Shown here piece by piece: positions 19,084 through 28,561 of a stretch of DNA of 64,000 bases (positions within the stretch are counted from its first letter, which is position 1; each line of letters opens with the position of its first letter). A model generated the notes under the pieces. It ran no database searches, had not been told where the DNA came from, and worked only from the letters and a program-made list of their open reading frames with translations. Origin of the DNA: an uncultured Alphaproteobacteria bacterium (GTDB taxonomy: Bacteria; Pseudomonadota; Alphaproteobacteria; Rs-D84); contig CAMZDE010000001.1 in NCBI GenBank assembly GCA_947305255.1, forward strand, positions 8,305 through 72,304, given 5' to 3'. The position numbers and the translations under genes were made by a program.

Positions 19084-19391
19084 ATGTTTGCTCCTTGTCC
19101 TTCCGTTTTCAAAGAGTTTCGATTTATAGGTATAAAAACCACCCCTGCATAAACGCTAAAATTCATTTATGAATTCCAGAATTTATGTTTTTGTTCTAAA
19201 CTCTTCTATCTTCTCTTTCACTTTCTTGATTGATGAAAATCAATCGTTTGGATACATCAAACAATGTATATGATTTATTTCTGTTTGCAACTAAATGTTA
19301 AAAAATTTTTGAACATTTATTTTTTGACAACGATTCGTTTTTTTATTGGATTTTCGCACTTTGTATATACACTGTATATACATATAAAAAA

Positions 19392-20402
19392 TCAATTTAA
19401 AACGTAACCACCATCTTGTTTTCTTATCAAACCTTGTAATTCTAACATTACTAAATCCGCCTTGATTTCCGGAACGGTTTTTTTGACAAGGTTTGCCAAT
19501 ACAGATTCAGAGACCGGAATCATTCCTATTTTATCAAGCACATCATTTTCGGCCCCATTATTTTTTTTATGATTTTGTTCTTTTGTGTCTTCAAAAAAAT
19601 CTTTTGATGACATACATAGTGTCGCCAGACCATTTTTTATTAATGAATTTGGCCCCGCGCTTCGCGGATCAGACGGATGCCCTGGTATCGCAAACACTTG
19701 TTTTCCGTAATCCAATGCGAATCGTGCAGTTGACATACTGCCTGAATTTTTGTCTGCTTCACCGATAACCAACAAATCTGCCAACGCCGCAACCCAATGA
19801 TTTCGCTGTATAAAATTACTAGCCACCGGCGTTGTCCCAACAGGCATTTCACTGATTACAACACCCCTATCTAAAATTTCATAATACAGCGATTCGTTTT
19901 CCAACGGCCATATATAATCAACACCACCCGCCAACACCGCCACAGTCTGCGAATCGCCACCCGATTTCAAAGCCCCCATATGCGCGGCCGAATCGGTTCC
20001 CATCGCCATTCCAGATACAACTGCAAAATTATGTTCTGCAAATTCGTATGCCAAATTAGACATAAAATCCATACCCGTTGCAGTCGAATGTCGTGTTCCA
20101 ACCATTGACACCATTTTTTTATTTAACGTGTCCAAATTCCCACGCGCCGAAATAATTGGCGGATGATTTTTAACCGCGCGCAAATTAATGGGATACCGCG
20201 CATCTTCATCAGATATATATGTTATCCCCATATCATTTGCCACATCCATTTCGCGCCGCACAGAATCAATAAAATCATGTCCTAAATTTAACGAATCGAC
20301 CGCCGCGCAAACATCGCCATATTCCGCAATCAATTTGTTGTATTTTACTGGCCCTATCCCCGAAGATCGCAATATCAAAAGTTTTTGTAATAACATATCC
20401 AT
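19392..20402 (-). CDS. dprA: DNA processing protein DprA (Smf)
   Basis: Rossmann-like DprA core with GMAMGTDSAAHMGAL. ATG at 20402 (MDMLLQKL). The ORF track extends to a TTG. Confidence 0.75.
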   Translation of the reverse strand: MDMLLQKLLILRSSGIGPVKYNKLIAEYGDVCAAVDSLNLGHDFIDSVRREMDVANDMGITYISDEDARYPINLRAVKNHPPIISARGNLDTLNKKMVSMVGTRHSTATGMDFMSNLAYEFAEHNFAVVSGMAMGTDSAAHMGALKSGGDSQTVAVLAGGVDYIWPLENESLYYEILDRGVVISEMPVGTTPVASNFIQRNHWVAALADLLVIGEADKNSGSMSTARFALDYGKQVFAIPGHPSDPRSAGPNSLIKNGLATLCMSSKDFFEDTKEQNHKKNNGAENDVLDKIGMIPVSESVLANLVKKTVPEIKADLVMLELQGLIRKQDGGYVLN

Positions 20403-20459
20403 AACAAAAAGATTGTAGAACAAATCTACAATCTTCTTGAAGTAAAAAATTACAAAATC

Positions 20460-21296
20460 TTACTTTCCGAATTCGTCCAACAAACGCGCATATGTATAGC
20501 AATCGAAATCTTCGATATTGTTGTTATTACTATCACACGCTTTCTTGATAAGTTTCAAACTTTTGACGTATTCGTTATATTGTTGTGTCAGACCTTTTTC
20601 TTTCAAAGTCAACAATTGTGATCTGTACACATCGATTTCGTCCAGACTTTTATCTTTTTGCCCTTCGACTTTGCCGCCGATTAACCGGTTACCGAACAAT
20701 TCCATCGCACCAACACCGATACCGGCACCACCAATAGACGACGCAACGATTCCGGCGATACGATTACCCTTTTTGGCATCTAATATACGTTTTTCAAGTT
20801 CGGCTTTGTCGGCCCAACTGCCACATTCGATTTCTTCGCCCCACATAAAATATCTAGGCTTTATATCCGACACAGAAATCCGCGATTCGTCATCTGATTT
20901 GAAATCGACACGAACAAAGCAAACATTGTTTTCCGGATTTACAAGATCTTCGACCATGCTGGCATAGTTAGAAGTATTGCTATAACGTGATGCCCAAACG
21001 AAAGTATTTCCAACGCCGATATTATTGCTGATACATGCGTTTCTTTCCGCCTCACGCATATCGACTTTTTCTTCTGTGGCCATCACATCTGTTGGTTCTG
21101 TCCCGTTACTATTTGCAGACGTTTTGTCCACCACGACCGCATTATTCGCCGCCACCATACCATTTAATTGGTTTATCGATGCCGTATAACGTGGCGCAGA
21201 CATAATCTTATTAGACATTGCCGGACGCCCAGATTGCGCACCATACGCATTCATCGCAGCGAAAGTCAGAACAAACATATACATAAAACGTTTCAT
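20460..21296 (-). CDS. secreted hypothetical protein with glycine-zipper segment
   Basis: Signal peptide MKRFMYMFVLTFAAMNAYGA. GIVASSIGGAGIGVGAMELFG segment. No family recognised. Confidence 0.5.
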   Translation of the reverse strand: MKRFMYMFVLTFAAMNAYGAQSGRPAMSNKIMSAPRYTASINQLNGMVAANNAVVVDKTSANSNGTEPTDVMATEEKVDMREAERNACISNNIGVGNTFVWASRYSNTSNYASMVEDLVNPENNVCFVRVDFKSDDESRISVSDIKPRYFMWGEEIECGSWADKAELEKRILDAKKGNRIAGIVASSIGGAGIGVGAMELFGNRLIGGKVEGQKDKSLDEIDVYRSQLLTLKEKGLTQQYNEYVKSLKLIKKACDSNNNNIEDFDCYTYARLLDEFGK

Positions 21297-21372
21297 GAAA
21301 CAATCCTCTCTTTATGTGCTATATTATATCACAAAATAGAGAAAAAAACAAATAAATATCTTATCAAAGATT

Positions 21373-21960
21373 TTATTTTTTCCATTTCCACTCTATTTTT
21401 GATTCTTGGCCCCGAATCAGACGCAAAATGTTTTCCCGATGCCGAATCAGACATAACAACGCTATCGCAACAAAGGCAAACCCAACATTAACCCCCATCA
21501 AAAAACCAAATATCGGAATCAAACAAAAAACAACCAATGCCCCCAACGACGAATACCCCGACGACAGCGCAACCAACAACCATTCAATTCCACATGCAAC
21601 AAACAAAATCGGATTAACCGCTAAAAATATTCCGAACAAAGCTGAAACACCCTTGCCCCCATGAAATTTCAGCCATATCGGGAAACAATGCCCAACAATT
21701 GCAGCAAAACCGCACCATACAGAAAACGCGACACCGCCGACATACCGCCCCAGCAAAACCGCAACAATCGCTTTGGCCATATCCAGAATCCAGACCAGCC
21801 CTGCCAATCGCAATCCCCCAACGCGCATCACATTGGTTGCACCGATGTTGCCACTGCCGACCTTACGCAGATTAATATTCTTAAACACTTTAGCGACAAT
21901 TATTCCGAACGGAATTGAACCCAATAAATAAGAGATTATTATACATATTATATATATCAT
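21373..21960 (-). CDS. plsY: glycerol-3-phosphate acyltransferase PlsY
   Basis: GSGNIGATNVMRVGG motif. Multi-TM, ~195 aa. Confidence 0.85.
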   Translation of the reverse strand: MIYIICIIISYLLGSIPFGIIVAKVFKNINLRKVGSGNIGATNVMRVGGLRLAGLVWILDMAKAIVAVLLGRYVGGVAFSVWCGFAAIVGHCFPIWLKFHGGKGVSALFGIFLAVNPILFVACGIEWLLVALSSGYSSLGALVVFCLIPIFGFLMGVNVGFAFVAIALLCLIRHRENILRLIRGQESKIEWKWKK

Positions 21961-22033
21961 ATTATTTTTCCTTGATTTTATGTTTGTTTCTTATAAAATA
22001 ACAGAAACCTGAATAAAATAAAAGGAAAATAAA

Positions 22034-22294
22034 GTGGCAAACCATAAATCATGTGATAAAAGAATTTTAGTAACTGCGAAAAAGAATGCAATCAATACTG
22101 CACGCCGCAGTGCTGTGAAAACCGCGACCAAGAAAGCATTGACCGCCATTGAATCTGGGGACAAGGCTGCCGCCGTTGCTGCAACACGCGCCGCAGAAAG
22201 CAAGATTATGAAAGCGGCCGGCAAAACAATGCCGAAAAAGGCTGCTTCGCGTAAGGTTGCACGTCTGGCCAAGAAAGTTGCTAAGATTGCATAA
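22034..22294 (+). CDS. rpsT: 30S ribosomal protein S20
   Basis: MANHKSCDKRILVTAKKNAINTARRSAVKT is S20. Basic, 86 aa. Confidence 0.9.
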   Translation: MANHKSCDKRILVTAKKNAINTARRSAVKTATKKALTAIESGDKAAAVAATRAAESKIMKAAGKTMPKKAASRKVARLAKKVAKIA

Positions 22295-22312
22295 CAATAT
22301 GTTGTTTATCAA

Positions 22313-22343
22313 ATAAAAAACACCCGATTGGGTGTTTTTTTAT
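22313..22343. terminator. bidirectional intrinsic terminator between rpsT and copy B
   Basis: AACACCCGATTGGGTGTT hairpin with an A-run before it and a T-run after it. Confidence 0.6.
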
Positions 22344-22354
22344 TGGATTCAAAA

Positions 22355-22846
22355 TTAATCTTCGGGTAACACTGTTTCCAATGGAATATTAACCGAATCC
22401 CTGTCATCATCCCACGTCGTATAGATTTTAACCCGTTGACTTTTGATACCGGCCTGCACAGCAGCGCCAGATACTAAGTTTCTATCGGTCAATTCAAAAT
22501 CCTCTTCCCCAGCGAGAATATTTACAAAATAAGTACCGCCGTATACCTCATTGTCGACAAAAACAAACTCATCTCCATCAACAAAAAGTAGATCTTGTTT
22601 CTGATTCAATCCAGCAATCGTGTCATTATATGCGCCCTTGACATATGCGGTTGTGGCGATATGTTCCGCATCAGCGTTTGTTATGGTTGCGGTTGTATAA
22701 GGTCCGTTATAACTAGCCATTGTCACAGTTCCATTTTGTGGCACAAGTGCTGGACTACTTACATAGTTATACGTGTAATCAGCCATTGACACGCACGGCA
22801 ATGCGGCAATTATTGCTAATGTTAATAGCGGTTTCATTGTTCTCAT
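22355..22846 (-). CDS. secreted protein of unknown function, HIATTAYVKGAYN/YTTWDDD family, copy B
   Basis: Signal peptide MRTMKPLLTLAIIAALPCVSMA. Core DAEHIATTAYVKGAYNDTIAGLNQ. C-terminal IYTTWDDDRDS. Confidence 0.6.
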   Translation of the reverse strand: MRTMKPLLTLAIIAALPCVSMADYTYNYVSSPALVPQNGTVTMASYNGPYTTATITNADAEHIATTAYVKGAYNDTIAGLNQKQDLLFVDGDEFVFVDNEVYGGTYFVNILAGEEDFELTDRNLVSGAAVQAGIKSQRVKIYTTWDDDRDSVNIPLETVLPED

Positions 22847-23107
22847 AGTCTTTTCTCCTTTATTCTTTATTTATCCGATTGTGTGGGGAATCACCCCGCC
22901 GCAAGCGCCCCCCCGTGGAGGGGAATTAACAAAAGAACAACCACCCCATAAGTAAAGGTGGTTGGAGGTTAGCTACAATTTAAGTCGAAATTGTGTGCCT
23001 TATTCAATTTATTCGGCAACCCTCCAACCATATGTTGGAGATTTTAACGTCATCTCTGGCGCGACTTAATCGGGCAGCTACACCCCATCGCAAAAACTCT
23101 CTGCGAC
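22847..23107 (-). promoter_or_regulatory. conserved structured 5' leader, copy 2 (contains an extra ~50 bp GC-rich insertion at 22881-22930)
   Basis: Same architecture as copy 1. Terminator stem CAACCACC/GGUGGUUG. 5' hairpin UCGCAGAGAG..UGCGA with compensatory GC/CG changes. Extended -10 TGATAAAAT at 23114-23122. Confidence 0.5.
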
Positions 23108-23142
23108 GATGATATTTTATCATTTTTCAAAAATTAAAACAA

Positions 23143-23176
23143 GGACAAAAAAGCAACCGCCCAATCGGGCGGTTGT
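23143..23176 (-). terminator. intrinsic terminator of the secretin gene
   Basis: CAACCGCCCAATCGGGCGGTTG hairpin followed on the minus strand by TTTTTTGTCC. Confidence 0.6.
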
Positions 23177-23195
23177 CGTTATAAACCATTTTTTA

Positions 23196-24824
23196 TTAAT
23201 CCAATGGCGCACCCCAATGTTGTTGGATATTGCGTTCCGCGTCCATCGGGCTGACCAAAACCTGAGGCGTCAAGATAACAACCAAAACTTCACGCGACGC
23301 CTTGGTATCACGCGACCCAGACAACGCCATAAAGTCCGCATCACCCAAACCATAACGTGTATCATTATTGCTCTGCTTTTCAAACCCAGACACAACCAAC
23401 ATCTGGCCAGATTCCATAATGACTTCCTGCATGAACGAACGTTCTTCTACTTCTGGCAATTGTAATGTGAAGCCGTCGTCCCCACCAATAACCTGGGTAT
23501 CCATCTTTAACAATTCACGCACAGACATTTTGAACAACAACAATATTTTGCCGTTTTCTAAAACATTCGGCAACAATTGCATTGAAAATCCAGTTTCTAA
23601 TTCGTCTTGGTCAACCGTACTGGATTCAACCGTCGTGAAATTACGAGATTCCAAACGTTTGATGTATCCTGTGGTCTTGGTATTTGTCACAGGCGCAACA
23701 CGATTATTACGTGTCGTCACACCAACATTTGTCACCAATGAAACCTTGCCCTGCTTTGCCAAAGCCTGAATCAAAGCATTCGACCCCGCCAAACGTGCCA
23801 TAGAACCGTTACGAATCTGGTCTTCGGAATAATATGTTCCTGCGATTCCACCTTCTGCACCAATGCTGGTCACTTCGGCTGCTTTATTAGACAACACCGC
23901 GACATTCATCGTGCTGGCACCTGTTATAGTTGGCGTACTGGGGGTGGCAACGATATTCAAGCCCGACGCAGAATTTACCGCCGCCGCCAAATTCAACCCA
24001 AAAGCAGATTCATTAGACAACGAAACCTGTAACACTTTGACATCTATCGTCACCAATTGCGACAAGCGTTTATTTTGTCTTTCGATATAACTCGCTACAC
24101 GGGTCAATATAGATGGCGCCGCCGTCACAGTGATTGTTCCCAAACTACGTGACACAGTAAATTGTGCGTTTCTTGCACCATTTATAATAGATGTAATCGT
24201 TTGTTCGATTTCGTCCCATTCATTTAATGACGAACGCAATGCGATATTACTGCCGTCATCTGACGATACAGATGAATTATATTCAACATCTGTCCCCAAC
24301 GCATATAAAGTATATGTACGCGTTTCTGTTTCATAGAAAACGATTGATCCGTTTTCATAATACCATAACAAATCTAAATCTGTCGCAATTTGAGACAACA
24401 ACCCAGACAATTTACCGGTATATGCAACGTCCACAGTTCTCTTTAATTTTTCAGCATCAACCTGACTATCTATTTTTACCGGAATCCCAGTAATAGAATT
24501 TATGTCATTTGCCAAAACCTGTAACGTCACAGGCGTATTTAATAAAATAGTCACCCCTGTATCTGTTTCATATTTTGATGGCAAATTGTTTTTATGTTCC
24601 AAAAGTGTTGATTTATTACCCAACCAAACACCTTCTGACATAGATACAGTATCATTACTGGCGACATTTGCCGTTGGGTGTTTTGATTTTTCGAACGCTT
24701 CATACGCATTCACAAAACTCTGGTCCACAGCCGCAGACACCTTGGCCGATTCATGCAACGTACACCCCGCCACAGTCATCATGGCCATCAATCCCACAAA
24801 ACAAACATATAAACGATTTGTCAT
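23196..24824 (-). CDS. secretin-family outer membrane lipoprotein (type IVb pilus BfpB/TcpC-like, or CpaC/PilQ-like)
   Basis: Lipobox MMTVAGCTL. C-terminal secretin domain (VVSGFEKQ...LVVILTPQV). Beta-rich N-domains. 542 aa. Confidence 0.7.
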   Translation of the reverse strand: MTNRLYVCFVGLMAMMTVAGCTLHESAKVSAAVDQSFVNAYEAFEKSKHPTANVASNDTVSMSEGVWLGNKSTLLEHKNNLPSKYETDTGVTILLNTPVTLQVLANDINSITGIPVKIDSQVDAEKLKRTVDVAYTGKLSGLLSQIATDLDLLWYYENGSIVFYETETRTYTLYALGTDVEYNSSVSSDDGSNIALRSSLNEWDEIEQTITSIINGARNAQFTVSRSLGTITVTAAPSILTRVASYIERQNKRLSQLVTIDVKVLQVSLSNESAFGLNLAAAVNSASGLNIVATPSTPTITGASTMNVAVLSNKAAEVTSIGAEGGIAGTYYSEDQIRNGSMARLAGSNALIQALAKQGKVSLVTNVGVTTRNNRVAPVTNTKTTGYIKRLESRNFTTVESSTVDQDELETGFSMQLLPNVLENGKILLLFKMSVRELLKMDTQVIGGDDGFTLQLPEVEERSFMQEVIMESGQMLVVSGFEKQSNNDTRYGLGDADFMALSGSRDTKASREVLVVILTPQVLVSPMDAERNIQQHWGAPLD

Positions 24825-24857
24825 ATTTTATCTCCTACGACTCTTGTCCCAAAAAAT

Positions 24858-25799
24858 TTATTCTATGGTCGATATGACCAAAACCCGATTTCCTTTGTAA
24901 AATTTCGCATACGGTGCAGGCATCGCACGTTCAAAATTACGAACCAGCGCAGACGCAACATCTACAAAACGCCCCTTAAATACAGCACTGGCCTCTATCG
25001 GATATTCACGTGGTGTTGTCCAAACCAAATCCCAACCTTCTTTGTCACACCAATTTCTTAAAACTTCCTGCAAAGTCTGGCCCGACGCAACAACCCATGA
25101 ACGAACTTCGTTTTCAACGAACGCAGGCGCAGCATCATCAACATCTTCGTTCACGTTAATGATAACATTTGCACCGTCTTTAACAACGCTATCTTGGGCC
25201 GGCTTTTCAGCAACAAAACCCGCGCGTTCCGCAAACGCGATATAAGAATCAGGCCGTTTATTGCAAATTCTGCGCGGGCTGCGTGACATAGACAAAACAG
25301 TTCCGCCATCATCTTCCATCATTTCACGTTGCAACAATGGCATTTCAGCATCATTCACACATTCATAATCAAACCCAGCTGGAATTTGTTGGCCATTATA
25401 AATATTCGCCCCCCCAGACCAGCCAGTTCCAATCGCAGAACCCGCCATGTTTATGTTATTTTCAATAACCAAACCCGAACCAATTTTTGAAACAATCTTT
25501 AATTCACCATCGGGACATTCACCACTATCACACGCGATTTTGAAATCCGCATCGGTCCCAGCAATCGGCCAAATCGGCACAGGCTGTTGTTCAACATACG
25601 TCACATTTGTTGGTTCGTAATAATTCGCGTTTTCATAACGTTGTTCAACGACGGTTTCTTCACGAACGGTGTTATCTTGTTCTTGCTGGTCGTAATCATA
25701 GAACACCTCTGACGTAACAACCTGTTGTGGCAAATCCGCCCCAAAGGCAACGCCAGACACCAAAACCGCCAAAAATGCGAAATAAAATCTATGTAACAT
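24858..25799 (-). CDS. TcpQ-like secretin-associated periplasmic protein (putative)
   Basis: Signal peptide MLHRFYFAFLAVLVSGVAFGA. C-terminal SGQTLQEVLRNWCDKEGWDLVW...YPI resembles the TcpQ/PilL C-terminal domain. It lies directly upstream of the secretin. ATG at 25799 with AAAGGAAAG RBS. Confidence 0.45.
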   Translation of the reverse strand: MLHRFYFAFLAVLVSGVAFGADLPQQVVTSEVFYDYDQQEQDNTVREETVVEQRYENANYYEPTNVTYVEQQPVPIWPIAGTDADFKIACDSGECPDGELKIVSKIGSGLVIENNINMAGSAIGTGWSGGANIYNGQQIPAGFDYECVNDAEMPLLQREMMEDDGGTVLSMSRSPRRICNKRPDSYIAFAERAGFVAEKPAQDSVVKDGANVIINVNEDVDDAAPAFVENEVRSWVVASGQTLQEVLRNWCDKEGWDLVWTTPREYPIEASAVFKGRFVDVASALVRNFERAMPAPYAKFYKGNRVLVISTIE

Positions 25800-25977
25800 A
25801 TTCTTTCCTTTCATCTATTATTATTCAATTATATCAATTTGACCGAATCAGTGCAAGACATAAAACACACATTTTTAATAAAAAAATAAAATTAAAAAAA
25901 CATGCAAGATAAAATCGCACGAATCGATAAAACATGTTATACTAAAACCCGAAAGAATACAAAAAACAGGTAAAAAC

Positions 25978-26520
25978 ATGGAAAATACGATTATTTTAAT
26001 TCTGGTTTCCGCGTCCACATTGTTCGGCTGCGTCGGAATTTTGTTTGCAATCATTTTGAACAAGCGTTCAAACGAAATGTCAAAAACACTGGTTCACCAA
26101 TACAATTTGATTGTGAAAATTCAAAATATATTGAAAAACAGAATCTCTGTGAACGACACAACTGACAAGGCTGAAATAATCTACCAAGATTTATTGCAAG
26201 ATTTAATTCCAATAATGGCATCAATGGACGTTATGCCGCGTGCAACATCTGAACACCCGTTGTGGCGCGCATTGGGCGGAATTATGGATGAATACGCAAA
26301 AAATCCATTTGTTCTGGAAAAATTGCGCCGCGCAATAAAATTGGATTCAAATATCGCGCGTAACATTACACATTACCTGAACCGCGCAAACATGTTTTTA
26401 CAACATATGGCAACAAATGATTCTGATGGAATATTGGCAACAACTTTCACTGACGGCCTATTGGGGCAATCTTTGACATTTTTTGCTCAGGCCCAAGCAT
26501 TGGCAACAACTGATAAATGA
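25978..26520 (+). CDS. hypothetical membrane-anchored protein
   Basis: Single N-terminal TM (IILILVSASTLFGCVGILFAIIL). Overlaps the sufB start by 4 nt. No family recognised. Confidence 0.45.
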   Translation: MENTIILILVSASTLFGCVGILFAIILNKRSNEMSKTLVHQYNLIVKIQNILKNRISVNDTTDKAEIIYQDLLQDLIPIMASMDVMPRATSEHPLWRALGGIMDEYAKNPFVLEKLRRAIKLDSNIARNITHYLNRANMFLQHMATNDSDGILATTFTDGLLGQSLTFFAQAQALATTDK

Positions 26521-27857
26521 AACATTTGAACGAAAAACTTATTCGCGAAATATCAAAAAAGCGTCATGAACCAGAATGGTTATTGGCATGGCGAATTGAC
26601 GCGTTTCATAAATGGCAGAAAATGGTTGAACCACATTGGGCTGAAATCAACTATGATGTAATAGATTATGATTCTCTGAATTATTACAATGAACAAAAAG
26701 TAATTGATAATTCTGAATTAAAATCAACGTATGAAAAAATGGGATTGCCCGAATCTGAACAGCGCGCCCTTTTGGGAATGGCCACAGATACTGTGATTGA
26801 TAGCAAATCCGTGCATACGTCATACACCGACGAATTAAAAAGATTGGGCATAATATTTTTACCATTATCCGAAGCGGTCAAACAATATCCTGATTTGGTT
26901 CGCAAATATCTGGGGTCTGTAGTTCCAAATAACGATAATTTTTTCGCCGCATTGAACGCCGCTGTTTTTTCAGACGGAACATTTGTCTATGTTCCAAAAG
27001 ATACAAAATGTCCGATTGATTTGGCCAGTTATTTTCGCATAGAAACTGCAAAAATCGGCCAATTTGAACGAACACTGATTGTCGCTGACGCGGGTGCAAC
27101 TTTATCGTACATGGAAGGATGCAGCGCACCCCGCCGCCCTAACCATCAATTACATAGCGGTGTTGTTGAAATAATTGTTCACGATAATGCGCATGTAAAA
27201 TATGCGACTGTGCAAAATTGGTATGCGGGCGATTCCGCCGTATACAACGATTTTGACAAAACACAAAATGGCATATTAAATTTCGTTACAAAACGTGGAA
27301 AATGCTTTAACAATGCCGGATTGGATTGGACACAGATTGAGATAGGATCCAGTGCAACATGGAAATATCCATCAACAATTTTAGAGGGAGATAATTCGCA
27401 TAGTGATTTTTATTCTCTGTCAATTACGCGCGGCACGCAACAGGCGGACACAGGAACAAAAATGATTCATTTGGGTGACAACACCAAATCAAATATTGTT
27501 TCATACGGTGTGGCAACTGGTCATTCGCGTCAAACGTTTCGTAGTCTGGTTTTATTTTCCGGTCACAACGGCAAAAACGCCTGTAAATGTGATAGTCGTA
27601 TCATCGGAAATTCTGCGACCGCGAATACGATACCAACCGTTGTGCATAACAACGCGACGAACGAACAATCCCACGAAGCGACAACCGGTGCAATCGATGC
27701 AGACGCCCTGCTCTATCTGGAACAAAGCGGTATTGATACAGACGACGCAATCGCTTTGATTGTCGGTTCCATGGCATCGCCCATAATATCCAGATTACCA
27801 ATGGAATTTTTGGTAGAATCAAAACAACTTATACAAATGGCATTAAAAAAAGAATAA
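26517..27857 (+). CDS. sufB: Fe-S cluster assembly protein SufB
   Basis: N-terminal EPEWLLAWRIDAFHKW...EPHW and C-terminal beta-helix typical of SufB/SufD. 446 aa. Confidence 0.8.
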   Translation: MKHLNEKLIREISKKRHEPEWLLAWRIDAFHKWQKMVEPHWAEINYDVIDYDSLNYYNEQKVIDNSELKSTYEKMGLPESEQRALLGMATDTVIDSKSVHTSYTDELKRLGIIFLPLSEAVKQYPDLVRKYLGSVVPNNDNFFAALNAAVFSDGTFVYVPKDTKCPIDLASYFRIETAKIGQFERTLIVADAGATLSYMEGCSAPRRPNHQLHSGVVEIIVHDNAHVKYATVQNWYAGDSAVYNDFDKTQNGILNFVTKRGKCFNNAGLDWTQIEIGSSATWKYPSTILEGDNSHSDFYSLSITRGTQQADTGTKMIHLGDNTKSNIVSYGVATGHSRQTFRSLVLFSGHNGKNACKCDSRIIGNSATANTIPTVVHNNATNEQSHEATTGAIDADALLYLEQSGIDTDDAIALIVGSMASPIISRLPMEFLVESKQLIQMALKKE

Positions 27858-27862
27858 ATAAA

Positions 27863-28540
27863 ATGTTAGAAATAAAAAATCTTTGTGTATCACTAGATAA
27901 AAAACCATTATTGACCGATATAAATATGGTTGTGCATGACGGCGCCCGCCATAGAATTGCCGGACATAACGGTTCTGGAAAATCAACATTGGTGAACGTT
28001 ATCGCTGGAAACCCGATGTATACAATCGATAGTGGTAAAATATTATTCAATGGAATTGATATAACAAAAGAAAACACAACAACGCGTGCATTGATGGGCA
28101 TTTTTTTGGGCGCACAAAATGTACCTGAAATCCCTGGGCTGACGATTTTAAGTTTCTTAAAACATTCAATGATTGCACACAAACATTTTGATTCAGCCCA
28201 AGATTTATCCATGGGTGAATTCCTTGAAAAATTAGAAGCGGCACGCGAACAATTACACATACCCAAAGAATGGCTTAACCGTTGCATAAACGTCGGTTTT
28301 TCAGGTGGCGAACGCAAACGCATTATGTTATTACGATTGATTTTAACCAATCCAAAACTCGCTATTTTGGACGAACCGGATTCGGGGGCCGATGCCGATG
28401 TTCAACAGCAAATTATTGACGTAATAAACAATATGCCGAACACGACATTTTTGTTCATTTCACATCAAAATGGTTTTTCGTCGAAAATTGATGTATCTGA
28501 AACAACCACTTTGAATGATGGACGAATTGTGATAGAATAA
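27863..28540 (+). CDS. sufC: Fe-S cluster assembly ATPase SufC
   Basis: ABC ATPase with Walker A GHNGSGKST, signature FSGGERKR and Walker B ILDEPDSG. Confidence 0.9.
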   Translation: MLEIKNLCVSLDKKPLLTDINMVVHDGARHRIAGHNGSGKSTLVNVIAGNPMYTIDSGKILFNGIDITKENTTTRALMGIFLGAQNVPEIPGLTILSFLKHSMIAHKHFDSAQDLSMGEFLEKLEAAREQLHIPKEWLNRCINVGFSGGERKRIMLLRLILTNPKLAILDEPDSGADADVQQQIIDVINNMPNTTFLFISHQNGFSSKIDVSETTTLNDGRIVIE

Positions 28541-28561
28541 TAGTAACCCTATAACCAAAGG

